Shown here: one piece after another, positions 28,330 to 38,133 of the stretch
How positions within the stretch are numbered: the first letter of the stretch is position 1
Layout of the letters: every line of letters begins with the position of its first letter
Virus record (IMG/VR): IMGVR_UViG_3300047548_001122
Coordinates: 124,001-188,000 of that record
Reading direction: 5' to 3' (one strand)
Length of the DNA: 64,000 nt
Translations under genes and position numbers: made by a program
Notes under the pieces: generated by a model
What the model was told of the DNA's origin: nothing
What the model saw: only the letters and a program-made list of their open reading frames with translations
Database searches by the model: none

Positions 28330-28380
28330 TGCCTTCGGGGTCACGAAATTTTAACTTGCTTAATTAAGGAGAAAAATATG
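28324..28380 (+). promoter_or_regulatory. ROSE-like RNA thermometer leader of hsp20
   Basis: C(UUCG)G hairpin 28324-46, then CTTGCTT/AAGGAG hairpin pairing the SD with a bulged G. Confidence 0.6.
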
Positions 28381-28869
28381 ACACGTATTTCATTTGGACC
28401 TTTGTTCCATCAAACTCTTGGCTTTGAAAATTTCATTCGTGATGTTGAAAAACTTCTAGACACAGAAGTTAAGCCAACAACCTTTCCACCACATAACATT
28501 ATCAAAGTAGATGAGAATCGTTATATCGTGGAACTTGCTGTTGCTGGTTTTTCAAAAGATGAAATTGAAATTACAAGGCAAGATGGTTCGTTGAAGATTG
28601 TTGGTAATAAAAATCATGAAGATATGGGACAAGCACAATATCTATATCATGGAATTGCTGCACGTTCATTCACAAAAACAATTACGATTGCTGATACTGT
28701 AGAAGTTCACAGTTCAGAATTCAAAGATGGTGTTCTGCGTATTGGTCTTATTAATGTTATTCCAGAAAGTAAGAAACCAAAACGTATTGAAATTGGTAGT
28801 GAGTTGAAATTCTTTGAGCCACAATTGTTGCAAGAAGAAGTTTCCACTAAAACTAAAAAAGCAGCTTAA
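28378..28869 (+). CDS. hsp20: Small heat shock protein (IbpA-like)
   Basis: FPPHNII, ELAVAGF, YLYHGIAARSF, DGVLRI..PKRIEI. Confidence 0.95.
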   Translation: MTRISFGPLFHQTLGFENFIRDVEKLLDTEVKPTTFPPHNIIKVDENRYIVELAVAGFSKDEIEITRQDGSLKIVGNKNHEDMGQAQYLYHGIAARSFTKTITIADTVEVHSSEFKDGVLRIGLINVIPESKKPKRIEIGSELKFFEPQLLQEEVSTKTKKAA

Positions 28870-28872
28870 ATT

Positions 28873-28893
28873 ATGGGGGCTCTGCCCCCATTT
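28873..28893 (+). terminator. Hairpin after hsp20
   Basis: ATGGGGGC-TCT-GCCCCCAT followed by a short T run. Confidence 0.6.
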
Positions 28894-28909
28894 ATGGAGA
28901 AAATAATAT

Positions 28910-29098
28910 ATGATGAGAAAAGATCATAGCTTTCGTTTACCGAAAGAAGTCAAACGCTTGTTGTCTACTATGCCAAGTGCAGATTCGCACAAATACAAAA
29001 ACCTAATGATTGAAGCAATCATCACAGGATCAAAAGAAGTTCCCAGAGAAAAGAAAAAAAATAGGAATAAATCAGTAGTTGAAATAGAATCTGAATAA
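28910..29098 (+). CDS. Small hypothetical protein
   Basis: GGAG RBS, 62 aa, TAATG coupling to next gene. Confidence 0.55.
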   Translation: MMRKDHSFRLPKEVKRLLSTMPSADSHKYKNLMIEAIITGSKEVPREKKKNRNKSVVEIESE

Positions 29099-29529
29099 TG
29101 AAACCAAAATTCCTTTCAGCTCACATGAAAGTTGCTGAAGTGTATTCGGAGCTTTCTTCAGCTAAGAGATTAAAGGTTGGTGCTGTAATTGTAAAAAACG
29201 ATACAATTATAGGTATTGGTTATAACGGAACACCTTCAGGTTGGAATAACAATTGTGAATCACATATAATAAATGATGCCGGTGATTACGATTTGAAAAC
29301 TAAACCAGAAGTGATTCACGCCGAATCAAATGCTATTTCCAAAGTTGCAAAATCTACAAACTCAACTGAAGGTTCATATATGTTTGTAACTCATGCACCT
29401 TGTTTGGAATGTGCAAAACTAATACACCAATCTGGAATTACTAGAGTATATTATAAAAATACTTATAGAAATGATGATGGTGTAAAATTTTTAGAAAAAT
29501 GCGGTGTTAAGATATTGAATATACAATGA
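29098..29529 (+). CDS. cd: dCMP deaminase
   Basis: KVGAVIV..GYNG, HAESNAI, THAPCLECAK. Confidence 0.93.
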   Translation: MKPKFLSAHMKVAEVYSELSSAKRLKVGAVIVKNDTIIGIGYNGTPSGWNNNCESHIINDAGDYDLKTKPEVIHAESNAISKVAKSTNSTEGSYMFVTHAPCLECAKLIHQSGITRVYYKNTYRNDDGVKFLEKCGVKILNIQ

Positions 29530-29543
29530 AAGAATAAAAAAAA

Positions 29544-29993
29544 ATGTTATGCTTACCTGATGATATGATAGGTAAACCAGTAGGATTTACCTGTTCAACC
29601 TTTGATCTACTTCATGCGGGACATATATTGATGCTTGCTGAATGTAAACAAATCTGCGATTATTTGATTGTTGGTTTACAAACTGACCCAACAATTGACC
29701 GACCAACAGTAAAAAATAAACCAATACAATCTGTAGTTGAGAGATACGTACAACTCTCTGCCGTCAAATTTGTTGATGAAATTATAGTTTATGAAACTGA
29801 AAAAGATTTAGAAGATTTGTTGATGTTTCTACCTATAACGATTCGAATTTGTGGTGTAGAATATAAAGATAAACCTTTAACTGGTCTAGATATTTGTGAA
29901 AGTAGAGGAATAAAAACATACTATAATTCCAGAAGCCATAGGTTTAGTTCAACTGAATTACGTAAGAGAGTTTATGAAAAGGAAAAATCATGA
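29544..29993 (+). CDS. Cytidylyltransferase (TagD/RfaE-like)
   Basis: STFDLLHAGH (HIGH), LIVGLQTD, ERY..L.AVKFVDE, SSTELR. Confidence 0.88.
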   Translation: MLCLPDDMIGKPVGFTCSTFDLLHAGHILMLAECKQICDYLIVGLQTDPTIDRPTVKNKPIQSVVERYVQLSAVKFVDEIIVYETEKDLEDLLMFLPITIRICGVEYKDKPLTGLDICESRGIKTYYNSRSHRFSSTELRKRVYEKEKS

Positions 29994-30361
29994 GTAAAGT
30001 GTTTACGGATGTGGCAACATTCATGTCTGCTGCTGGGCAATCTATCAATCAAGATAATTCACAACAGGCAGAATTGTATTTGAAACTTATTGAGGAAGAA
30101 TACGAAAAGGAATTTAAAGAAGCAAGGCAATTAAATGATGATGTATTGACAATCGATGCATGTTTTGATACAATATGGGTTATCGTTGGTTATATGCTGT
30201 CGAGAGGTTGGGATTGTGAAAGAATATGGGACGAAGGTGCTCTAAGTAATCTCAAAAAGATTGATAGGGCAACACAAAAAGTTTTGAAGCGAGAAGATGG
30301 TAAAGTTTTGAAACCTGAAGGATGGCAACCTCCTGATTTTAGTAAATTTGTTAAAAAATGA
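29990..30361 (+). CDS. MazG-like / all-alpha NTP pyrophosphohydrolase
   Basis: LIEEEY.E, DACFD, SNLKK, REDGKVLKPEGW. Confidence 0.75.
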   Translation: MSKVFTDVATFMSAAGQSINQDNSQQAELYLKLIEEEYEKEFKEARQLNDDVLTIDACFDTIWVIVGYMLSRGWDCERIWDEGALSNLKKIDRATQKVLKREDGKVLKPEGWQPPDFSKFVKK

Positions 30362-30375
30362 AAGGCATCAATATA

Positions 30376-30597
30376 ATGAATGAAGTAATTAAAAAACTCG
30401 TAGAAACAAATAAAAACATTACTAAAGCTTACAAGTATGATTTGTTTTACCGCGACTATGATGACATGGTAGAACTAATTGGTCTTGTTGATGACCCAAC
30501 TTATGACATGAAAGATTTTGAAGGTAGGGAAATGTTATTCCCTAAACGTTGGTTAACTCTAGAAGTATATGATTCGAAAATGGAGATTTCAGTATAA
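30376..30597 (+). CDS. Hypothetical protein
   Basis: Packed ORF, TAATG coupling. Confidence 0.55.
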   Translation: MNEVIKKLVETNKNITKAYKYDLFYRDYDDMVELIGLVDDPTYDMKDFEGREMLFPKRWLTLEVYDSKMEISV

Positions 30598-30902
30598 TGG
30601 CTATTAAACTAATTACATTTAAAACCAATCAAACACTTATCGGTTCAGTAACCGATAATGATGACTTTGAAACAGTCACCATTCGTGAACCAGTACAAGT
30701 AGTTGTTGTACCTCCACGGTCACAAACCGACCAAGGTGGAATTGCTTTTTCTCCTTATCTGGAATACAGTAGTGAATTTAAAACGGGAATCAAACTCAAT
30801 AAGTCTGATATTTTGTGTATCAATACTCCACTGGTTGAATTGGAAAATCAATACAATCAAATTTTCGGTTCAGGAATTCAAATCGCATCAACACTCGTTT
30901 AA
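30597..30902 (+). CDS. Hypothetical protein (possible Sm-like fold)
   Basis: KLITFKTNQTLIG..IAFSPYL pattern; directly upstream of gp43. Confidence 0.6.
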   Translation: MAIKLITFKTNQTLIGSVTDNDDFETVTIREPVQVVVVPPRSQTDQGGIAFSPYLEYSSEFKTGIKLNKSDILCINTPLVELENQYNQIFGSGIQIASTLV

Positions 30903-33458
30903 ATGAAAAAATATTACACCAACGTTTCGACATACGGAAATAATATTCTATTTCGAGGTGTAAAAGACGGTCGGAGAGTTAAGATGAAAATCCAATACTC
31001 TCCGACTTTGTTTTTACCGACAAATAAAACTACTGAATGGAAAAATCTATTTGGTGAGAGTCTTGAACCAAAAAGGTTTGAGACTATTCGTGATACTAGA
31101 GATTTTATCAAACGTTATGATGAGGTGTCAAATTTTAAAATTTATGGTAATTCAAGTTTTGAATATGCTTTTATTGCTGACACACAACCAGGAATGATCG
31201 ACTGGAATATTAATGACTTAAAAGTTTCTATTATTGATATTGAGGTCGGATCAGAAAATGGTTTTCCTGACCCATACAAAGCAACAGAGCCAATTACAGC
31301 TATTGCTATTCGTGATTTGAATGGTGACATGGTGGTTTATGGTTGTGGTGACTATGATAAAGAAAAAGATGAAACGAACAAAGATAAGAATGTTAAGTAT
31401 GTGAAGTGTCGTGATGAATATACTCTTTGTAAAACTTTTCTTGATGATTGGGAGAAAGATTATCCTGATGTAATTTCTGGTTGGAATATTAAGTTCTTTG
31501 ATATTCCATATTTGGTCAATCGTTTCAATCGTATTCTTGGTGAAGAAGTTACTAAAAAACTTTCACCTTGGAATAATGTTTACGGCCGAGAAAAAATCAT
31601 ACGTGGTAAAAATATGACTTCGTATGATTTAACTGGTGTAGCTACACTAGATTATATTGAATTGTATAAGTGGTATGCGCCTGGCGGTAAATCGCAAGAG
31701 TCTTATCGATTGGATAATATTGCTCACGTAGAACTAGGTAAGAAAAAGATTGATTACTCAGAATATGATAATCTACACCAACTATATCGTTTAAACTATC
31801 AAAAGTTTATTGAGTATAACATCGTTGACGTTGAACTTGTTTTTGAACTAGAGAGTAAATTAAAACTCATTGAACTTGGTTTGACTCTTGCTTACGATAC
31901 GAAAACTAATTACGAAGATATTTTTGCTCAAACTAGAATGTGGGATTCAATGATATATTCTTATTTGTTTGAGAAAAATATTATCGTACCACCCAAGATT
32001 ATAAAAAATAAAACAGAGGCTTTTGAAGGTGCTTATGTTAAAGAACCTCAAGTTGGTATGCATAATTATGTGGCAAGTTTCGACTTGAATAGTCTATATC
32101 CTCATTTGATGATGCAATATAATATTTCACCAGAAACACTGATTAATCATGAAGATTACACAGATGACATGCGTGAAATTCTAGGTCAAGTTATTAATGT
32201 TGATCGAATGATTGACAGAAAGATCGACACTAGAAAACTAAAAGATGTTACGATAACACCTAATGGCCAATTCTTCAGAACAGACATTCAAGGTTTTCTT
32301 CCTAAAATGTTGGAAGAAATGTACGAAGATCGGAAGAAGTTTAAGAAATTAATGTTGAAGTCTAAACAAGATTATGAAAATGAAACTGATGAATTTAAGA
32401 AATACGAAATTAAAAAACTTATTGCCAGATACGACAACCTACAGTTGGCTAAAAAGGTATCACTTAATAGTGCTTACGGTGCTTTGGGTTCTCAATATTT
32501 TAGGTTTTATGATTTGCGTATGGCCTTGGGTGTCACCACTGCTGGTCAACTAAGTATTCGTTGGATCGAAAAAGCATTAAATGAATACTTAAATAAATTA
32601 TTAAAATCAGAAAATGAAGATTATGTTATCGCCTCTGATACAGACTCGATTTATCTCCGTCTTGGTGAGCTTGTTGATTCGGTCTTTAAAGACAAATCGA
32701 ATTCTAATGCAATCATCGCCTTCATGGATAAAGTCTGTGAACAGAAAATACAACCTTTTATTGATAAGAGTTATCAAGAACTTGCTTCGTATGTTAACGC
32801 ATACTCACAAAAAATGCAAATGAAACGTGAAGGTCTTTCTGATAAAGGTATTTGGACAGCAAAGAAAAGATATATTCTAAACGTGTACAACAATGAGGGT
32901 GTTCAATACAAAGAACCTCAAATCAAAGTTATGGGTTTGGAAATGGTAAAGTCATCGACTCCTGCTGCTATACGAGAAAAGATGAAAGAAGTAATTCAGT
33001 TAATGATGAAGGGTAGTGAAAGTGATGTTCAAGAATTTATTTTGAACTTCCGGGAAGAGTTTAAGAAACTGCCTCCTGAAGATATATCTTTTCCCCGCGG
33101 ATTAAATGGGTTGACAGATTACGCTGATTCTGTTATGATGTATAAGAAAGGCACACCTATACATGTACGTGGTGCAATTCTTTATAACCATTATTTGAAA
33201 AAGTATGAACTTCTGAAAAAGTATCCTTTAATTCAAGAAGGTGAAAAACTAAAGTTTACTTATTTGAAAGTACCTAATCATTTTAAAGAGGATGTCATTT
33301 CGTATCCAGGTAGATTACCTAAAGAGTTTAACTTGAGTGAATATATTGATTATGAAACTCAGTTTAGTAAGGCTTTCGTTGAACCTGTTAAAGTTATACT
33401 TGATTGTATGGGATGGCAAGTTGAGAAACAAAATTCTATAGAGAGTTTTTTTGGATAG
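30903..33458 (+). CDS. gp43: Family B DNA polymerase
   Basis: DIEV, GWNIKFFDIPY, SFDLNSLYPH, KVSLNSAYG, ASDTDSIY, KKRY; uninterrupted. Confidence 0.99.
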   Translation: MKKYYTNVSTYGNNILFRGVKDGRRVKMKIQYSPTLFLPTNKTTEWKNLFGESLEPKRFETIRDTRDFIKRYDEVSNFKIYGNSSFEYAFIADTQPGMIDWNINDLKVSIIDIEVGSENGFPDPYKATEPITAIAIRDLNGDMVVYGCGDYDKEKDETNKDKNVKYVKCRDEYTLCKTFLDDWEKDYPDVISGWNIKFFDIPYLVNRFNRILGEEVTKKLSPWNNVYGREKIIRGKNMTSYDLTGVATLDYIELYKWYAPGGKSQESYRLDNIAHVELGKKKIDYSEYDNLHQLYRLNYQKFIEYNIVDVELVFELESKLKLIELGLTLAYDTKTNYEDIFAQTRMWDSMIYSYLFEKNIIVPPKIIKNKTEAFEGAYVKEPQVGMHNYVASFDLNSLYPHLMMQYNISPETLINHEDYTDDMREILGQVINVDRMIDRKIDTRKLKDVTITPNGQFFRTDIQGFLPKMLEEMYEDRKKFKKLMLKSKQDYENETDEFKKYEIKKLIARYDNLQLAKKVSLNSAYGALGSQYFRFYDLRMALGVTTAGQLSIRWIEKALNEYLNKLLKSENEDYVIASDTDSIYLRLGELVDSVFKDKSNSNAIIAFMDKVCEQKIQPFIDKSYQELASYVNAYSQKMQMKREGLSDKGIWTAKKRYILNVYNNEGVQYKEPQIKVMGLEMVKSSTPAAIREKMKEVIQLMMKGSESDVQEFILNFREEFKKLPPEDISFPRGLNGLTDYADSVMMYKKGTPIHVRGAILYNHYLKKYELLKKYPLIQEGEKLKFTYLKVPNHFKEDVISYPGRLPKEFNLSEYIDYETQFSKAFVEPVKVILDCMGWQVEKQNSIESFFG

Positions 33459-33461
33459 ATT

Positions 33462-34277
33462 ATGTTACAAGTGATATTTCCTTTTGTTACTGCGGTGGCT
33501 TTATCGGCCATCGCAGCTTATTATTCCGTTATAGGTTTAGCACAAATATTTCCTGGTTCTTTTTGGCCAATCATTATCATGGGGTCTGTATTAGAACTGT
33601 CCAAGTTAGTGACAGTTTCATGGTTATACAACAATTGGACAGATACAATTGGAGTTATGAAATACTATTTTTTGGTATCTATAATTCTTTTAATGACTAT
33701 TACCTCAATGGGTATTTTTGGTTACCTTTCAAAGGCTCATTTGGAAACAAATATAATTGTAGGTGCTAATAGTGTTCAAATCAAAACATTAGAACAACAA
33801 GAAAAGATAGTAAAAGAAAGACTCGATTACCTATTAAAAAGAGCTGGCGATCCTGCAACTGCATCTAAAAAGATAGATAAACAAATACAAGAAACGCAAC
33901 AAGAATTAAAAGAAATAAATGAAAAGAAGTTGCCTCTATTAACTGAAGAGAATAAACTAACGGCAGAAATAGGCCCAATTAAATATATTGCCGAGGCTTT
34001 ATACACAAAAGATGATCCAAACTTTATAGATAAAGCTGTACGTTTCGTAATACTAATCATCATAGTTGTTTTTGATCCACTGGCAGTTCTTCTTTTGATC
34101 GCTTCAAATCAATCGTATAGAAAATACAAAGTGAAAAATGAACCAGAGGAAAATAAAAAAACACCCAAGAAGAAAAAGGTTGACAACTCTACAGCACCTA
34201 GTGTAGAATTGTTTGCGAAAGAAGATTCAGAATTAATACCTAAATCAAAGATTGCTAATATTGGAGAAATACAATGA
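33462..34277 (+). CDS. Membrane protein with coiled coil
   Basis: N-terminal TM segments, central coiled coil, C-terminal TM (VVFDPLAVLLLIA). Confidence 0.65.
   Translation: MLQVIFPFVTAVALSAIAAYYSVIGLAQIFPGSFWPIIIMGSVLELSKLVTVSWLYNNWTDTIGVMKYYFLVSIILLMTITSMGIFGYLSKAHLETNIIVGANSVQIKTLEQQEKIVKERLDYLLKRAGDPATASKKIDKQIQETQQELKEINEKKLPLLTEENKLTAEIGPIKYIAEALYTKDDPNFIDKAVRFVILIIIVVFDPLAVLLLIASNQSYRKYKVKNEPEENKKTPKKKKVDNSTAPSVELFAKEDSELIPKSKIANIGEIQ
34180..34209 (+). promoter_or_regulatory. Possible internal sigma70 promoter for uvsX
   Basis: TTGACA-18 bp-TAGAAT, 65 nt upstream of uvsX. Confidence 0.4.
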
Positions 34278-35329
34278 GTTTAATGGAAAAGTTAAAAAAA
34301 GGTTCGACTATCAAGGAAACATCAATACTTGCTAAGTCCGAATTCTTTACAGAAAAAGATATGATTCGAACCGATGTGCCTATGGTAAACGTTGCATTAT
34401 CAGGTTCACTAGATGGTGGCCTAACACCAGGTTTAACTATGTTTGCTGGACCATCAAAACACTTTAAGACAGCGTTTGCTCTTTTAATGGCTTCGGCTTA
34501 CTTGAAGAAATATAGTGATGCTGTCGTTTTGTTCTACGATTCAGAATTTGGTACTCCTCAAAAATACTTTGAAACTTTTGGTATCGATACTGATAGAGTT
34601 CTACATACACCAATTACAGATGTTGAAGAATTAAAGCACGACATTATGAATCAAATGCAAAACATCTCAAAAGGTGAACGTGTAATTATTATTCTAGATT
34701 CCATTGGTAACTTAGCATCGAAGAAAGAGATTGAAGATTCTCTTGAGGGCAAATCTGTTGCTGATATGACTAGAGCTAAACAGATGAAATCTTTGTTTAG
34801 AATGATTACTCCACACCTAACAATTAAAGACATACCAATGATTGTTGTCAACCACACTTATAAAGAAATTGGTATGTTTCCGAAAGATATTGTTGGTGGT
34901 GGTACAGGTTCTTATTACTCAGCAGATACAATTTGGATTCTTGGTCGTCAACAAGAAAAAACCGGAACAGAAATTACCGGTTATAACTTTATCATCAACA
35001 TTGAAAAGTCGAGATATGTTCGTGAGAAGTCCAAGATTCCAATTACAGTAGCTTTCGACGGTGGTATTCAAAAGTATTCTGGTCTACTAGACATTGCATT
35101 AGAAGGAAGTTTTGTTGTTAAACCTGCAAATGGCTGGTATGCAAAAGTAGATCAAGAAACTGGTGAAGTATTAAACAAAGTTCGATTTGATGATACACAA
35201 ACAAAAGAATTTTGGAGTGATATTTTAACTAATGAAAAATTTAAAGAATATGTAAGGAAACGTTATGAAATTGCTTATGGAAATATTATGCAAGATATTC
35301 CCATGGATGAAGAAACAACAGAGTCCTAA
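34274..35329 (+). CDS. uvsX: RecA-like recombinase UvsX
   Basis: AGPSKHFKT, FYDSEFG, DSIGNLASKKE, NHTY, GGG. Confidence 0.97.
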   Translation: MSLMEKLKKGSTIKETSILAKSEFFTEKDMIRTDVPMVNVALSGSLDGGLTPGLTMFAGPSKHFKTAFALLMASAYLKKYSDAVVLFYDSEFGTPQKYFETFGIDTDRVLHTPITDVEELKHDIMNQMQNISKGERVIIILDSIGNLASKKEIEDSLEGKSVADMTRAKQMKSLFRMITPHLTIKDIPMIVVNHTYKEIGMFPKDIVGGGTGSYYSADTIWILGRQQEKTGTEITGYNFIINIEKSRYVREKSKIPITVAFDGGIQKYSGLLDIALEGSFVVKPANGWYAKVDQETGEVLNKVRFDDTQTKEFWSDILTNEKFKEYVRKRYEIAYGNIMQDIPMDEETTES

Positions 35330-35621
35330 GTATTCCATAGATTATAGGGATGAAAATACCTATTTTACCATACTTGATGGTAAATATCAAAACGTCACCG
35401 TAACTTACTCGCAAACCCAATTCTTTGAAGATGAGGGTTTTGCGAGGTTAAAATTCAATTATAATGTCATAGATTCTTCAACATTTGCCTTAGAACAGTT
35501 GACAGACGATCAAGAATTTGTTATAATGTTAGGTGATATCTTACAAGACTACATTCTAGTGAAGGCAAAAAATCTTGAAACAGTTAGAGACAGTAATTCT
35601 GAAGAACTTGATTTTCAATGA
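35265..35621 (+). CDS. Hypothetical protein at the T4 gp40 position
   Basis: Overlaps uvsX end and gp41 start; AAGGA RBS; identity with gp40 not established. Confidence 0.5.
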   Translation: MKLLMEILCKIFPWMKKQQSPKYSIDYRDENTYFTILDGKYQNVTVTYSQTQFFEDEGFARLKFNYNVIDSSTFALEQLTDDQEFVIMLGDILQDYILVKAKNLETVRDSNSEELDFQ

Positions 35622-36981
35622 AGAGTATACCCGTAAAGTATTTCCTTTCATAAAACACGAATATTTTTCAGATAACGTACACAAAAAATTCTTCAATGAA
35701 GTAAAACGTTTTATTGAAGAATATAAAACTCCTCCTACCTACGAATCACTACTCATCGATTTTACCGAATCTAAAAGATTAACACAAACCGAAGTGAACG
35801 GTTGTGTTGATTTGTTGCGTGAACTAAATTCAAATAAGAATGAAAGTTCCGAAATGGAATGGCTGATTGACCAAACAGAAAAGTTTTGTCAAGATAAAGC
35901 AATCTATAATGCAATCATGAATTCGGTCAGTATTCTTGACCAAAGTGGTGAAGATAAGAAATCTAAAGGTGAGATACCTAAACTTCTCAGTGATGCATTG
36001 GCCGTATCTTTTGATAATCATATTGGTCATGATTATGTAAATGATTTTGATGCACGGTATGATTTCTATCACAAACAAGAAACGCGGATTCAATTTGACC
36101 TTGATATCTTTAATAGGATTACCAAAGGTGGTCTTCCAATTAAAACTCTGAATATCGCACTTGCTGGCACAGGCGTTGGTAAATCTTTGTTCATGTGTCA
36201 CGTTGCCGCATCTTGTATATCACAAGGTAAAAATGTTTTGTATATTACACTTGAGATGGCCGAAGAAAAGATTGCAGAACGTATAGATGCTAATCTTTTG
36301 AATGTAGACTTGAATGAGTTATATACTTTGACTAAAGATGATTATGGTCGAAAGTTTAATCACCTGAAAACCAAACTCAATGGTAAATTAATCATCAAAG
36401 AATATCCGACTGCATCGGCATCAACACTTCATTTCAGAGCTTTGTTGAATGAATTGCAATTGAAGAAGAATTTTAAACCTGATATTGTGTTTATCGATTA
36501 TCTGAATATTTGTTCATCATCTCGTATTAAACCTGGTGCGAACGTGAATAGTTATTCTTATATCAAAGCAATTGCAGAAGAACTTCGTGGTCTTGCAGTT
36601 GAATTTGCTGTGCCTGTTGTTTCTGCTACACAGACAACTAGAAGTGGTTTTACAAATACTGATCCTGGTCTAGAAGATACTTCAGAATCTTTTGGTCTGC
36701 CAGCAACAGCAGACTTTATGTTTGCTTTGATTAGTACTGAAGAACTTGAACAGTTGAATCAGATTATGGTGAAACAGTTGAAGAATCGTTACGGTGATCC
36801 AAATCATTTCAAACGATTCGTTGTAGGTATTGATAGAGCTAAGATGAAATTGTATGATGCTGAACCTGATGCACAGAATGATATTTCAGATTCAGGTCAA
36901 CCAAATGATACACCTCCATTAAATACATTTGGTAATCGTGAGAGTAAATTTAACAAAAACTTTGGCGGAATTAAAGTATGA
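35575..36981 (+). CDS. gp41: Replicative DnaB-like helicase (TTG start)
   Basis: AGTGVGKS, ITLEMAEE, IDYLNI, SATQTTR, SESFGLPATAD, QLKNRY. Confidence 0.97.
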   Translation: MKQLETVILKNLIFNEEYTRKVFPFIKHEYFSDNVHKKFFNEVKRFIEEYKTPPTYESLLIDFTESKRLTQTEVNGCVDLLRELNSNKNESSEMEWLIDQTEKFCQDKAIYNAIMNSVSILDQSGEDKKSKGEIPKLLSDALAVSFDNHIGHDYVNDFDARYDFYHKQETRIQFDLDIFNRITKGGLPIKTLNIALAGTGVGKSLFMCHVAASCISQGKNVLYITLEMAEEKIAERIDANLLNVDLNELYTLTKDDYGRKFNHLKTKLNGKLIIKEYPTASASTLHFRALLNELQLKKNFKPDIVFIDYLNICSSSRIKPGANVNSYSYIKAIAEELRGLAVEFAVPVVSATQTTRSGFTNTDPGLEDTSESFGLPATADFMFALISTEELEQLNQIMVKQLKNRYGDPNHFKRFVVGIDRAKMKLYDAEPDAQNDISDSGQPNDTPPLNTFGNRESKFNKNFGGIKV

Positions 36982-38093
36982 GTTTGAATAAAGATCAAGC
37001 AATTTATTGTGCGAATGTATTCTCAAACTATTTCGATAGATTCGAAAGAATAGATGAATACATGCGTGAACAAAAGTTGTCATCTATGTCAGAGAGGTCA
37101 CCAACACTTTTTGGTATGGGACCTGAAGATGATTTGTTTTCAGACTTCACGGTTTCACCAGAAAAAATGAACTTTGAAGTTGTCGAACTTTCGCAAGAAA
37201 AGTGGGACATTTATTTGAATATGATTTCTTCTCATTCAAACATGACAAGTATTCCTGGTCGCTGCTTGAGATTGGCTGTACTAGAAACTACAACCAATAA
37301 ATGGTGTGGTTTTATTAGACTAGGTTCGCCAGTAATTAATTGTAAACCTAGAAATGAAATGTTGGGTCAAGTGTTCACTCAAACTGAAGGTGGCGCACAG
37401 TTATTTAATCGATGCGCTATCATGGGTTTTGTTATTGTACCTGCACAGCCATTTGGTTATAATTACCTTGGTGGTAAATTGATGGCTGCGATTTGTACTA
37501 CACATGAAGTACGTGAAATGTTGAACAAGAAATATAACATGACAACTTGTTTGTTTGAAACAACCAGTTTATACGGTTCAACTAAGGCTGTATCACAATA
37601 TGATGGCATGAAACCTTATATTCGATACAAAGGTTTGACAGATAGTGATTTTCTTCCTATGTTACATGGTAAAACATACACCGATCTAAAAGAATATATG
37701 GAAGAAATTATTGGTGAACCACTCGCACCAGAAGGTGCTTCTAGTCGTAAACTAAAGATATCAAATGCCATGGTGTCACATATCAATACTGCTTTGAAGG
37801 GTACACCAGAAGGTGCCAAGTTTAAAAAGACCATAGAAAATGCAAAGAATCTGAACGAACAAAAGCGTTACTATGTTTCAGATTATGGGTTTAGTAACAT
37901 GGTTGACTTTGTTAATGGAAAAACAACTAAACTGATTGCTGGTGAAAACTATGAAAAGTTTCATTTGAAAAACATAATTGAGTGGTGGAGAAAGAAAGCC
38001 ATTAACAGATTTGAAACGTTAAAGACTGAGAATAGACTTAGGACAGAGATCGAAGTCTGGACAGGCGAAAAAGAGATTGACATTATTCGGTAG
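36978..38093 (+). CDS. DruA/DUF4338-like protein, paralog B
   Basis: PGRCLRLAV..KWCGFIRLGSP, IVPAQPFGYNYLGGKLMA, ETTSLYG..SQYD shared with 17495..18772. Confidence 0.65.
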   Translation: MSLNKDQAIYCANVFSNYFDRFERIDEYMREQKLSSMSERSPTLFGMGPEDDLFSDFTVSPEKMNFEVVELSQEKWDIYLNMISSHSNMTSIPGRCLRLAVLETTTNKWCGFIRLGSPVINCKPRNEMLGQVFTQTEGGAQLFNRCAIMGFVIVPAQPFGYNYLGGKLMAAICTTHEVREMLNKKYNMTTCLFETTSLYGSTKAVSQYDGMKPYIRYKGLTDSDFLPMLHGKTYTDLKEYMEEIIGEPLAPEGASSRKLKISNAMVSHINTALKGTPEGAKFKKTIENAKNLNEQKRYYVSDYGFSNMVDFVNGKTTKLIAGENYEKFHLKNIIEWWRKKAINRFETLKTENRLRTEIEVWTGEKEIDIIR

Positions 38094-38102
38094 TCCTGAT
38101 AG

Positions 38103-38127
38103 GATAAATACTCCATTATAAGTGGAG
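38103..38127 (+). promoter_or_regulatory. Late promoter variant plus SD-sequestering hairpin
   Basis: GATAAATA followed by CTCCATT-ATA-AGTGGAG hairpin containing the GGAG RBS. Confidence 0.6.
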
Positions 38128-38133
38128 ATTTAA

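Noticed and set aside
28310-28338. TTGACA as a separate hsp20 promoter
   Set aside because: No -10 hexamer at 16-18 bp
17495-38093. Druantia defence system
   Set aside because: Only DruA-like genes, 18 kb apart, with no DruE-like helicase or other Dru genes in the window
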